From: Candidatus Bathyarchaeia archaeon | GTDB lineage: Archaea; Thermoproteota; CALKCG01; B24 | Reading direction: 5' to 3' | Assembly (NCBI GenBank): GCA_038870975.1 | Contig: JAVZJD010000001.1 | Location: forward strand, 129,926-161,925 | DNA length: 32,000 nucleotides | Part shown: one piece after another, positions 1-8,616 of the stretch | Layout: every line of letters begins with the position of its first letter | Numbering within the stretch: position 1 is the stretch's first letter | Notes under the pieces: model-generated | What the model saw: only the letters and a program-made list of their open reading frames with translations | What the model was told of the DNA's origin: nothing | Database searches by the model: none | Program-made: the position numbers and the translations under genes

Positions 1-885
1 ACAGACCCAGACACTTCGAAAATAGCTGAAGAGAGCGATGTAGTATTCCTATGCACGCCTGCTGGCGTCTCTGCAAAAATATCGCATGAATTTCTGGAGA
101 GGGGGGTTAAGGTTATCGATTTAAGCCCAGACTTTAGACTTAAAGATCCAAAAGAGTATGAACGATGGTACGGTTGGAGACACCCCAGACCAGACCTTTT
201 AGAAAAGGCTGTCTACGGTCTACCGGAACTCCATAGGGAAGAGATACGGAAGGCAGATTTAATAGCATGCCCAGGCTGTATGTCAACAGCTGGTATACTA
301 GCCATGGCACCTCTAGCTAAAGCAGGTTTCATCAAGCAGAATACCGTCGTAGTAGATGCAATGATAGGTTCTTCAGGAGCAGGTGCTACACCTTCTCTTG
401 CAAGTATACATGCTGAGCGGTATGGTGTCATAAGACCGTACAAGCCAACTGGACATAGACATACGAGCGAAATAGAGCAGGAGCTTAGTCTATTGGCTGG
501 TGGGTGCATCAAGGTTGCATTCTCAGCTACCTCTGTTAACATAGTGAGAGGTATTCTCGCAGTATGTCACTGTTTCACCGAAAAGAGTTTAACAATTCGA
601 GATCTTTGGAAGATCTATAGACAATTTTATGGAGATGAGCCCTTCATAAGACTTGTCAGAGACGTTAAAGGGATCTTCCGATATCCAGATCCAAAGCCTA
701 TAGTAGGCTCGAACTTCTGCGATGTGGGATTTGAATTCGACCCTTATACCAATAGGATAGTTGCCCTAGCAGCCATAGATAATCTCGTTAAAGGCGCTGT
801 TGGAAATGCTGTTCAAAGTCTAAACATAATGTATGGACTAGATGAAAAGACAGGTTTAATGTATCCTGGTATCCATCCTGTTTAG
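1..885 (+). CDS. argC: N-acetyl-gamma-glutamyl-phosphate reductase / LysW-linked semialdehyde reductase (ArgC/LysY), 5' end outside window
   Basis: Frame 1 is open from base 1 (TDPDTSKIAEESDVVFLCTPAGVSAK...LIACPGCMSTAGILAMAPL...IDNLVKGAVGNAVQSLNIMYG). It has the catalytic-Cys PGC motif and the C-terminal NLxKGAxG block typical of ArgC. The Met at 280 in the ORF track is internal. Confidence 0.85.
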   Translation, partial: TDPDTSKIAEESDVVFLCTPAGVSAKISHEFLERGVKVIDLSPDFRLKDPKEYERWYGWRHPRPDLLEKAVYGLPELHREEIRKADLIACPGCMSTAGILAMAPLAKAGFIKQNTVVVDAMIGSSGAGATPSLASIHAERYGVIRPYKPTGHRHTSEIEQELSLLAGGCIKVAFSATSVNIVRGILAVCHCFTEKSLTIRDLWKIYRQFYGDEPFIRLVRDVKGIFRYPDPKPIVGSNFCDVGFEFDPYTNRIVALAAIDNLVKGAVGNAVQSLNIMYGLDEKTGLMYPGIHPV

Positions 886-896
886 GAGGCACGGTA

Positions 897-2081
897 TTGG
901 ATACGCAGACGATAATTCAGCTCGAAGAAAAATATATGGTTAATGTCTACTTCAGATACCCAGTGGTTATTGTAAAAGGCAGTGGCGCAGTACTATGGGA
1001 TACTGAAGGAAGGCGCTACATAGACCTAATGGGTGGATACGGCGTCGCGATAGTTGGCTACTCACACCCAAAAGTTGTTGAAGCGGTTAAAGAACAGCTC
1101 GGTAGACTTACGGTATGCCATCCGAGCTTATATAACGACGTGAGAGCCTCTCTATTAGAGAAGCTTGCAGCAGTAGCTCCAAATGGCTTAGACAAGATCT
1201 ACTTATGCAACAGTGGAGCTGAAGCTGTTGAAGCAGCTATTAAAATGGCTAAGAAGTTTACTGGTAGGTCCAAATTGGTATCGACAATTGGAGGATTCCA
1301 CGGAAAAACACTAGGTGCTTTATCTTTGACGTGGAATCCTAAGTATAGAGAGCCTTTTAAAGACCTTTTAATTAAAAACGTAGAATTCGTACCCTATGGA
1401 AGTCTTGAGAGGTCAGAGGCAGCGGTCGATGAGAACACCATAGCATTTATAGTAGAGCCGATACAGGGCGAGAGTGGTGTAAGAATACCGCCGGATGATT
1501 ATCTGAAAGGCTTAAGAGAGATATGCGACAGAAGGGGAAGTCTACTCATAATTGATGAGATTCAGACAGGATTAGGTAGAACTGGAGCCATGTGGGCCTG
1601 CCAACATTGGAATGTAAAACCAGACATCATGTGCATTGGTAAAGGTTTAGCGGGAGGAATTCCAATGGGCGCGGTATTAGCAAGAGAAGATATAGGCAGT
1701 AGTCTTAAGCTTGGGGAACATACGAGTACGTTCGGTGGGAACCCTCTTGCATGCGCAGCTGCTTCAGCTGTAATAGATTTGATAACCAGTGAGAAACTGC
1801 CTGAAAGAGCGAAAAAACTGGGAGAGACATTTAAACTGGGGTTGGAGAAGATTAAGCAAACCCATTCATCCATAAGAGAAGTTAGAGGCTTAGGTTTGAT
1901 GAGGGCAGCGGAGCTCAGATTCGACGTAAAAGACGTTATTGTTAAAAGCCTCGAAAATGGACTTATAACCTTATACTCTAGTAGAAACATATTAAGGTTC
2001 CTACCCCCTTTAGTTATAGAAGAGGCGCAAATAGTAGAGGCCTTAGAAATCCTAGATAGAGTACTCACCTTGGTCTCTTAA
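897..2081 (+). CDS. argD: acetylornithine / LysW-lysine aminotransferase, class III PLP enzyme (ArgD/LysJ)
   Basis: 394 aa with class-III aminotransferase blocks (NSGAEAVEAAIKMAKK, FIVEPIQGESGV, LIIDEIQTGLGRTG, STFGGNPLACAAA). The TTG start at 897 sits about 7 nt after an AGGAGG site (884-890). It lies directly downstream of argC. Confidence 0.85.
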   Translation: MDTQTIIQLEEKYMVNVYFRYPVVIVKGSGAVLWDTEGRRYIDLMGGYGVAIVGYSHPKVVEAVKEQLGRLTVCHPSLYNDVRASLLEKLAAVAPNGLDKIYLCNSGAEAVEAAIKMAKKFTGRSKLVSTIGGFHGKTLGALSLTWNPKYREPFKDLLIKNVEFVPYGSLERSEAAVDENTIAFIVEPIQGESGVRIPPDDYLKGLREICDRRGSLLIIDEIQTGLGRTGAMWACQHWNVKPDIMCIGKGLAGGIPMGAVLAREDIGSSLKLGEHTSTFGGNPLACAAASAVIDLITSEKLPERAKKLGETFKLGLEKIKQTHSSIREVRGLGLMRAAELRFDVKDVIVKSLENGLITLYSSRNILRFLPPLVIEEAQIVEALEILDRVLTLVS

Positions 2082-2094
2082 ACCTATATGGAAA

Positions 2095-2397
2095 TCACAG
2101 TCTCTTCCTACCGTGTTTATAGGGTCGAGCTTTATTCACAGACATTTTTACTCTGATGGAGTTTGAAATGTCTATTTTAAGGTCTCCGCAGATGTGGAAA
2201 ATCCTGATGAGTGTATCAGCCACTTCTTCTTTAAAAGCCTCAAAATCATCGTCCCTCCAAGCCTCCATAGCTTCAGAAAGTTCGGTCACTACAAGCATTA
2301 AATATTTTGGCACGTTGTCCCATGTTACGTGGAAGCCCTTTGAATTTGCTATTTCCGTAGCTTCTCTAACGAGTTCCTCAATCGCCTGCGAGCTCAA
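2095..2397 (-). CDS. MazG-like nucleotide pyrophosphohydrolase domain protein (small, single domain)
   Basis: 100 aa, all-helical pattern with ELSEAMEAWR...EEVADTLIRIFHICGDLKIDI...K..N..R, typical of the MazG/NTP-PPase fold. The opposite-strand ORF 2156-2431 is low-complexity and S-rich, and was rejected. Confidence 0.55.
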   Translation of the reverse strand: MSSQAIEELVREATEIANSKGFHVTWDNVPKYLMLVVTELSEAMEAWRDDDFEAFKEEVADTLIRIFHICGDLKIDISNSIRVKMSVNKARPYKHGRKRL

Positions 2398-2505
2398 GTT
2401 ATCAGGTAGACATATCTGTTTAGAACTCTAATAAACGTAGCTTTCAACTTCTCAGGAAACTCAGCATTAATTTATATAATTTTGCTACATCAATAAAAAT
2501 CCGGA

Positions 2506-3858
2506 GTGGAAATGGAGGTTTTAATTAAAGATTGCAGCTGGATAGTTACTCAAGATGACCATAGAAGGCTGTTAAAGAAGACATCTGTGCTAATAAAAGA
2601 TGGAATTATTGAAGATATAGGCCGTGATTTAAACGGTGGAGATATAGTAGTCGATGGAAAAGATAAAATTTTGATGCCTGGCCTCATAAATACGCATACA
2701 CATCTTTCCATGAGTCTATTCAGAGGCTATGCTGAAGATCTACCGTTGGATAAATGGCTTAGAGAGAAAGTGTGGCCTTTGGAACGAAAACTCGACGAAC
2801 AACTCTGCTATATAGGAGCCCTGCTCGGATGTTTGGAAATGGTGAGGACGGGTACAACTTGTATGGTTGACATGTATTATCATGCTGGAGCTGTAGCTAA
2901 GGCTGTCGGAGAAGCCGGGTTAAGAGGGTTTATAGGTCAAGGTCTAATGGACACGATGACAGATGATAGAACTCCGAGTGAAAGTTTAAGAAAAAGTTTC
3001 CTAGAAGCAGCTCATAAAGCACTTAAAGCCATTCAAGAATTAAGTGATCCAAAGGTCAAGTTTATAGTAGCTCCACATGCCCCATACACTTGTTCAGACG
3101 AACTCCTCATAGAGGCGCAAGCGATGGCCGAAAAGATTGACACACTCGTACATATACACATAGCTGAAACTAGGAGGGAGCAGGCTGTGTTTCAGAGAAA
3201 CTATGGATGTAGCGTCTTAGAATACTTGGATAAAATCGATTTTCTAAATAAGAGGGTTTTAGCTGCACACTGTGTTTGGCTGACAAGAAGGGATATAGAA
3301 ATATTGGCACGTAGAGGCGTTAAGATTTCTCACTGCCCTATTTCAAACATGAAACTTGGAGTTGGAGGAGTATCGCCAATTCCAGAACTAGTGGAAGCTG
3401 GAGTACTAGTAACGTTGGGAACGGATGGACCAGCAAGTAATAATACGTTAGACATGTTTGAAAGTATGAAAATTGCAGCTTTGCTTCAAAAACATAACCG
3501 TTGGGATCCGAGTGTAGTAAACGCTCAACAAATCCTTGATATGGCTACGGTTAACGCAAGTGAAAGTCTAGGTCTTGGAGGAATTGTTGGACAGGTTAGA
3601 GAGGGTTTCGAAGCAGACTTGATATTGGTGGACGTTAGAAACCCTAGTCTTCAGCCAGTTCACAATCCAGAAAGCTTAGTGGCAAACCTTGTATATGCCG
3701 CTAAAGGTTTAAGCGTCAATTCCGTGTTCGTGAAAGGTGAACCTCTACTGCTAGATGGAGTCTACCAAACTCTCGATGCAGATAGGATATACAGCTTAGC
3801 TGAAGAGGCTTTAGAGGAACTCGGTATTAAGCTTTCTAACTGCACCGGAGATGTATAA
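2506..3858 (+). CDS. mtaD: amidohydrolase-superfamily deaminase, 5-methylthioadenosine/S-adenosylhomocysteine deaminase-like (MtaD)
   Basis: 450 aa with the metal-binding HTH motif (GLINTHTHLSMS), HIHIAET, AHCVWL and GTDGPASNN blocks characteristic of the MtaD/guanine-deaminase subgroup. The start is GTG at 2506 or ATG at 2512. A TATA-like AATTTATATAATTTT lies about 30 nt upstream. Confidence 0.75.
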   Translation: MEMEVLIKDCSWIVTQDDHRRLLKKTSVLIKDGIIEDIGRDLNGGDIVVDGKDKILMPGLINTHTHLSMSLFRGYAEDLPLDKWLREKVWPLERKLDEQLCYIGALLGCLEMVRTGTTCMVDMYYHAGAVAKAVGEAGLRGFIGQGLMDTMTDDRTPSESLRKSFLEAAHKALKAIQELSDPKVKFIVAPHAPYTCSDELLIEAQAMAEKIDTLVHIHIAETRREQAVFQRNYGCSVLEYLDKIDFLNKRVLAAHCVWLTRRDIEILARRGVKISHCPISNMKLGVGGVSPIPELVEAGVLVTLGTDGPASNNTLDMFESMKIAALLQKHNRWDPSVVNAQQILDMATVNASESLGLGGIVGQVREGFEADLILVDVRNPSLQPVHNPESLVANLVYAAKGLSVNSVFVKGEPLLLDGVYQTLDADRIYSLAEEALEELGIKLSNCTGDV

Positions 3859-3881
3859 TACACCACTCATCTACCGAACTA

Positions 3882-4628
3882 TTAGAGTTCACAGTAAACA
3901 CTTTTATCTTCCAGACAGGCTTCATCTATTCTCAAGTAGCCAGAGCCGCCCAGCCATATCGGTTCAGCTTTTCTAATGTGTAAACGTTTCCTGAAGAATG
4001 GCGCATCGAGGACAAGCGTCTCATATTCACCGCCCTCCCCAAGTAGGCTGAAACGGTGCTTATAGGCTAGGCGGATAAAATCCATGAGAGAATCGGCATC
4101 TAGAATTTTCCCTAGCCATTCCATTGTCAATCCTTCAGCTGCTACACCTACGATAATCGCTCGAAAACCAAGCTCTAAAATCTCTCTCAAAATCAGCTCC
4201 GCGGTTTTACTCCATAAAGGTGTGAAACTCTTCAGGCCGAGTTCTTCACATACCGAATCGATTATACTCTTCTGGTAATAACTCGCCGAAACACCCGAAA
4301 TAACAGAACAAATGTGGAAATCTTCGATGGCTTCTCTGAGAACGTAAGAAAGGGCTTTTAAACTACTATGCACGGAGTCTCCAGTTCTTCTCAGGAGAAG
4401 GGGTTTACCCATTGCTTCGGCTTGAAGCCTTGTAAGCTCTACGGCTGGATAATGGAAAATCCAAGACTCAAAACTTTCAGGTATAAGAGTTATAAGACAG
4501 GATATTTCAAAACCTTGATTTGAGGAAATCCATAGAGCGTAAAGACTATCCTTACCGCCTGAGGAGAGTACAGCGCTTTTCAAACCACTAAATCTTACCA
4601 GGTCTAGATTCTTTAAGTTTTGCTCCAC
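3882..4628 (-). CDS. PP-loop ATP pyrophosphatase, diphthine-ammonia ligase (Dph6/MJ0570)-like
   Basis: SGGKDS PP-loop near the N-terminus (AVLSSGGKDSLYAL) and a GEGGEYETLVLD block near the C-terminus. The track start (GTG 4628) overlaps the upstream gene by 41 nt. TTG at 4583 gives the family-typical N-terminus MKSAVLSSGGKDS and removes the overlap. Confidence 0.7.
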   Translation of the reverse strand: MEQNLKNLDLVRFSGLKSAVLSSGGKDSLYALWISSNQGFEISCLITLIPESFESWIFHYPAVELTRLQAEAMGKPLLLRRTGDSVHSSLKALSYVLREAIEDFHICSVISGVSASYYQKSIIDSVCEELGLKSFTPLWSKTAELILREILELGFRAIIVGVAAEGLTMEWLGKILDADSLMDFIRLAYKHRFSLLGEGGEYETLVLDAPFFRKRLHIRKAEPIWLGGSGYLRIDEACLEDKSVYCEL

Positions 4629-5109
4629 AATACGGACAGTAAACAGCTCCCAGAGGAATTTTAGCCTTACAATAGGGGCAGACGTTTAAAGGCGGTGGTT
4701 GTTTTGGAGGAGCCAAGCGGTTTTTAATATAGGAGCCGATGAATCCTCCTCCGAATCCCACGCCAAGTTGTATTAGAAAACTTACTATGTATAGGAGGAG
4801 GAGCAACGGTAAACCTAAAGATGCCATCTCTGAAATCTCTGGTGGTATTTCTAGGAGACCCATCTGAAGTAAGACGGTTTGTATAGATTGTCTCACCAGT
4901 AGGATATCTATAACCGCCGTTATAGCCCCGATTTTACCTCCATCTTTCAAAGGCTCGATGAAGAAACTTCCAGCAACCAAGCCTCCTAAAAATGGAGAGA
5001 TGAGAATTAGGTCTGAAAGGCCAGCTGTTAGCAAGACTACTAGGTCTAAAATGGCACATGTTACGATACCTAAAAGCACAGCTAGTCCAGTTCTAGGCTT
5101 CATTTCCAA
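4588..5109 (-). CDS. integral membrane protein (about 4 TM) with C-terminal cytoplasmic zinc ribbon
   Basis: Hydrophobic helices run through residues 8-130, followed by a proline-rich linker (APPKQPPPLN) and CPYCKAKIPLGAVYCPYCGAKL (CxxC-x9-CxxC). The start is TTG 5109 or ATG 5103. No family was recognised. Confidence 0.5.
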   Translation of the reverse strand: MEMKPRTGLAVLLGIVTCAILDLVVLLTAGLSDLILISPFLGGLVAGSFFIEPLKDGGKIGAITAVIDILLVRQSIQTVLLQMGLLEIPPEISEMASLGLPLLLLLYIVSFLIQLGVGFGGGFIGSYIKNRLAPPKQPPPLNVCPYCKAKIPLGAVYCPYCGAKLKESRPGKI

Positions 5110-5381
5110 AATTTAAAGAGAAATCAATGATTTAAGTGTTTAGGTTCATCTATTAGTGAACCATTTTTACCGAGTTTTGGAATGATATTGAACCATCGAA
5201 GCTGTTTTATTAGGCTCCATAGATTTTGAAGCAACCTCTATTGCTAAAGATATAGTGTAGACGCCGAGGATGTAACGGTGGAGTTCTAAGGTAAAAGCAC
5301 TAAGACAGTAACAGTAGGTTTCAATTGAAAACGTTTAAGTCTTCTTGCAAATGAAGTTTTTAATTGGTGCTTAGCTATTAG

Positions 5382-6767
5382 ATGGAGATTATAAGAAACT
5401 TTGAAAGTTTGATTTATAATGGTTTAACTGATGGAGATAGAAGAGCCAGAGCCATTTGTTTAAACATTCTTAATAGGGTGTTGGAGGGGATAAATCCAGT
5501 CAATATGATAAAGTCAAACGTTACTAGAAACGGCTCAATGTTGAATGTGTGTGGTGTAACGTTTAATCTCGACGATTTTCAACACATCTATTTGGTTGGC
5601 TTTGGCAAATCTAGCCACGTCATGTCTTTAATTATGGAACAGCTCATAGGAGATAGAATCAGTAAAGGCTTTATAAATGTATATAGAGGGGTGAAGTTTA
5701 AATCTCTAACAGGTAAAGTTGAGTTCATAGAAGCTGGTCATCCAATACCTGATACCAATGGACAGAAAGGCGCTGAAGAAATCGTGAGGATTGTCTCAGA
5801 GGCTTCGGAACATGACTTAGTGATATGCCTTATTTCAGGTGGTGGTTCGTCTATGACTCCATTGCCAGCAGATGGAATATCGCTCGAGGAAAAACAGCAG
5901 GTTACACAGCTTCTTCTCAAAAGTGGGGCCACTATAGAGGAGGTTAACGCGGTTAGAAAGCATATATCAGCATTTAAAGGTGGGTTATTGGCTAAATACG
6001 CATATCCGGCTAGAGTCGTGAGTCTAATAATTTCTGACGTCGTTGGAGATAAATTAGACGTTATTTCATCTGGACCTACATCGCCAGATTCTTCAACTTT
6101 TCAAGACGCTTACCGTGTACTCGTCAAGTACAATTTGTGGCATCACATACCCGAGGCAGTCAGGAGAAGAATAGAAGCTGGCTTGAATGGGGAAGTGGAA
6201 GAAACACCTAAACCAAGAGATATAGTCTTTGAAAAAGTTCACAATTTCATAATTGGAAGTAATAGATTAGCCTGTAGAATAGCCGCTAGAACTGCTGGTG
6301 AAATAGGCTTAAACTCAACTATTTTATCCTCAGTGATTGAAGGGGAAGCCAGACATGTGGGAAGTGTCTACGGTGGTATACTCTTTGAAGAAGCTTTAGA
6401 AGGATGCCCTATCAAGAAGCCTGCAGTCTTAATAGCCGGTGGTGAAACTACGGTTACAGTTAGAGGATCTGGAATTGGCGGTAGAAATCAAGAGCTTGTT
6501 CTTGCAGCCTGTATGAAAATACGAGGCCTTAGAAGTGTTGCAATTGCCTCCATAGGAACAGATGGAGTTGACGGTTTAACAGATGCAGCTGGAGCTATAG
6601 CTGACGGTAAAACTGTCCAAAGGGCTTTTGAAGCAAATTTAGACCCTGAAGAATACCTCAATAATAATGACTCCTATAGATTTTTTAAGGAGCTAAATGA
6701 CCTAGTTTTCACAGGACCTACGGGTGTAAACTTAATGGATATAGCGGTTATGGTCGCATTAGAGTAA
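5382..6767 (+). CDS. glycerate 2-kinase (DUF4147 + MOFRL family, TtuD/GckA type)
   Basis: 461 aa with LISGGGSSM, the ISDVVGD..DVISSGPT block and the C-terminal MOFRL motifs GGETTVTVRGSGIGGRNQE and GTDGVDG.TDAAGA. Confidence 0.8.
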   Translation: MEIIRNFESLIYNGLTDGDRRARAICLNILNRVLEGINPVNMIKSNVTRNGSMLNVCGVTFNLDDFQHIYLVGFGKSSHVMSLIMEQLIGDRISKGFINVYRGVKFKSLTGKVEFIEAGHPIPDTNGQKGAEEIVRIVSEASEHDLVICLISGGGSSMTPLPADGISLEEKQQVTQLLLKSGATIEEVNAVRKHISAFKGGLLAKYAYPARVVSLIISDVVGDKLDVISSGPTSPDSSTFQDAYRVLVKYNLWHHIPEAVRRRIEAGLNGEVEETPKPRDIVFEKVHNFIIGSNRLACRIAARTAGEIGLNSTILSSVIEGEARHVGSVYGGILFEEALEGCPIKKPAVLIAGGETTVTVRGSGIGGRNQELVLAACMKIRGLRSVAIASIGTDGVDGLTDAAGAIADGKTVQRAFEANLDPEEYLNNNDSYRFFKELNDLVFTGPTGVNLMDIAVMVALE

Positions 6768-6790
6768 TTTATGACTCAGGTGGCTCCCAC

Positions 6791-7759
6791 ATGTTTACTA
6801 GTTGCGTAGGTAGTTTTCCAGCGGAATTCCATAGAAAATCTGTAGAAATGATCGCAGAAGACATGGATAGTATAGGTTTAACCTATCCTAGCTATCCGCA
6901 ACTTAGAGACTTCATAGCTATGTTTCTCGACCCACTGTGTTCTCAAGGACTCATCTACAAAAGTGGCTTAGAATACGTACTTTCTCCCGATAATGCTGAA
7001 GACATAGAGAAGGCTGATATGCCCATACCTTTCGAAGCTCTATGGTTTATAGATTACGTTAGAAGTCGCAAATTGAATTTCATAGGTTTAAGAGCCCCTG
7101 TAACAGGGGTCTTCACATTGGCTTCACAAATCTATCGAACTAAGAAAACACACTCAATAAGAGAATCGTTGATGAACGATTTAACGTTTCTAGAGAATTT
7201 AGCCTCCCTAGTATCAAAATTAATACGTAAACTCGAGGATTTAGGATATAGTCTAATAGTGATTGACGAACCTATTCTTTCGACCGTTTACGGTAGCGGA
7301 GTAACGCTGATCAAACATAACAGTGAAGATGTTTTAAGAATATTTGGAAAACTCAAGCCGCATAAGTCTGTTGGAGGTATACACATATGCGGTAAAATCT
7401 CACAACCTCTGTTTAGACTTCTTTTAAGATCAGATTTTACTCTACTAGACCATGAATTTAAAGACATTCCAGAGAATTTTAAGAGTCTAAATCCAGAGGA
7501 GTTTAAGAAATCCGATAAACTGCTTTCCGTTGGTTGCACATCATCGAGGAACGTAAAAGTTGAGACAGTTGAAGACGTTTTAAGTGCATTGAATAGAGCT
7601 GTAGACCTCTATGGTGATAAAGTCTACATGGCTAAGCCGGACTGTGGATTCAGAGGCTTTAGGGGCGTTTTACCTGAGGATGAAGCATATAGAGTTAGCA
7701 TTTTGAAGCTTAAAATGATAGTTGAGGCTGTGAAAAAACTTAATTACTTAAAGTCCTGA
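6791..7759 (+). CDS. short (core-type) cobalamin-independent methionine synthase homolog, MetE C-terminal domain only
   Basis: 322 aa. The N-terminus VGSFP resembles the archaeal short-MetE VGSYPR. The zinc-ligand pattern H-x-C (GGIHICG), Glu 24 residues later (LDHEF) and Cys about 60 further (KPDCGF) matches MetE spacing as I recall it. The SD-like CAGGTGG lies 8 nt before the ATG. Confidence 0.65.
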   Translation: MFTSCVGSFPAEFHRKSVEMIAEDMDSIGLTYPSYPQLRDFIAMFLDPLCSQGLIYKSGLEYVLSPDNAEDIEKADMPIPFEALWFIDYVRSRKLNFIGLRAPVTGVFTLASQIYRTKKTHSIRESLMNDLTFLENLASLVSKLIRKLEDLGYSLIVIDEPILSTVYGSGVTLIKHNSEDVLRIFGKLKPHKSVGGIHICGKISQPLFRLLLRSDFTLLDHEFKDIPENFKSLNPEEFKKSDKLLSVGCTSSRNVKVETVEDVLSALNRAVDLYGDKVYMAKPDCGFRGFRGVLPEDEAYRVSILKLKMIVEAVKKLNYLKS

Positions 7760-7780
7760 TTATGGTTAAATGTGATCTAA

Positions 7781-8263
7781 ATGGTTAAGGTTATCGTTAT
7801 TTATTATTCACGGGGAGGAAATACTCGAAGGGTTGCAGAAATGCTTACTACTACACTCAAAGAGGAAGACTTGGAGGTATGTATGAAAAACGTGTCTGAT
7901 GTGAAAGTTGAAGAGCTAATTCAGTACGATGGAATCGCTATAGGCTCTCCAACTTACTATGGTCAAATGGCAGGTGAAGTTAAAACCTTTCTAGATGAAA
8001 CCGTTAGACTTCATGGAAAGCTTGACGGTAAAGTCGGCTTGGCTTTTACAACATCTGGTGGATATGGAACTGGGGGGGAGACAACTATACTGTCCATCAT
8101 TCAGGCTATGTTAATACACGGCATGATCGTTCAAGGGGATCCCGATGATCTACATTATGGTATTATAATCAGAGGAATGCCTAAAGATGAAGATCTTAAT
8201 CTTATTAGGGTTAAAGCTAAAAGATTTTCCACACTACTTAAGAAACTTAAGACCGCCGCGTAA
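7781..8263 (+). CDS. flavodoxin-fold FMN protein (WrbA/NAD(P)H-quinone oxidoreductase-like)
   Basis: 160 aa. It has the N-terminal FMN phosphate loop (VIYYSRGGNTRRVAE) and the GSPTYYGQMAGEVKTFLD block typical of flavodoxin/WrbA proteins. Confidence 0.7.
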   Translation: MVKVIVIYYSRGGNTRRVAEMLTTTLKEEDLEVCMKNVSDVKVEELIQYDGIAIGSPTYYGQMAGEVKTFLDETVRLHGKLDGKVGLAFTTSGGYGTGGETTILSIIQAMLIHGMIVQGDPDDLHYGIIIRGMPKDEDLNLIRVKAKRFSTLLKKLKTAA

Positions 8264-8303
8264 CGACGGTAGATTTTTTAATAGTACAATCATCTGATAA
8301 GAG

Positions 8304-8331
8304 AAATATTTATTAAAGACTAAGTATAATC
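8304..8331 (+). promoter_or_regulatory. candidate TATA-box region for the rpoH-led RNA polymerase operon
   Basis: A/T-rich boxes AAATATTTATTAAAG and AAGTATAATC lie 30-55 nt upstream of the rpoH ATG (8362), in the only sizeable spacer before the cluster. The position is inferred from archaeal TATA-to-TSS spacing of about 26 nt. No experimental support. Confidence 0.3.
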
Positions 8332-8361
8332 TAGCTTAGCACTTTCTAAGCAGGTTTAAAT

Positions 8362-8616
8362 ATGAGCGCACAACAAAAAGTTAAACTTGATATATTTCGT
8401 CATGAGCTTGTTCCTAAACACAGCATATTAGTTAAAGATGAAGTAGATGAGCTTCTAAGAAGATATCATATTGAGAAGTATCAGCTCCCTAGGATTAGAG
8501 TTCGAGACCCTGCCGCCGTGCTCATAGGCGCTAAACCTGGAGATGTAATCAGAATTGTCAGAAGAAGTCCCACAGCTGGACTATCTGTATATTATAGATT
8601 TGTTGTAGGTGGTTAA
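8362..8616 (+). CDS. rpoH: DNA-directed RNA polymerase subunit H (Rpo5, Rpb5 C-terminal homolog)
   Basis: 84 aa with HELVPKH...LPRIRVRDPAAVLIGAKPGDVIRIVRRSPTAG, the canonical RpoH signature. Its stop abuts the rpoB ATG (TAAATG). Confidence 0.9.
   Translation: MSAQQKVKLDIFRHELVPKHSILVKDEVDELLRRYHIEKYQLPRIRVRDPAAVLIGAKPGDVIRIVRRSPTAGLSVYYRFVVGG

Noticed and set aside
213-542. 109-aa minus-strand ORF inside argC, and similar antisense ORFs inside argD (1562-2068), the Dph6-like gene (4084-4278), the glycerate kinase gene (5738-5932) and the MetE-like gene (7288-7539)
   Set aside because: They lie fully within well-supported genes on the opposite strand. Their products are S/P/A/C-rich low-complexity sequences with no motifs. 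These are typical shadow ORFs.
2156-2431. 91-aa plus-strand ORF antisense to the MazG-like gene
   Set aside because: The product is serine-rich and repetitive (SSLKASKSSSLQASIASESS). The minus-strand product has a coherent MazG helical motif pattern, so the minus strand was chosen.
5110-5381. Hairpin GGTTCA-N8-TGAACC followed by ATTTTT in the divergent promoter region between the membrane/zinc-ribbon gene and the glycerate kinase gene
   Set aside because: The stem is only 6 bp. It lies upstream of both genes, where a terminator makes no sense. It may be a regulator binding site, but there is no second copy or supporting evidence.
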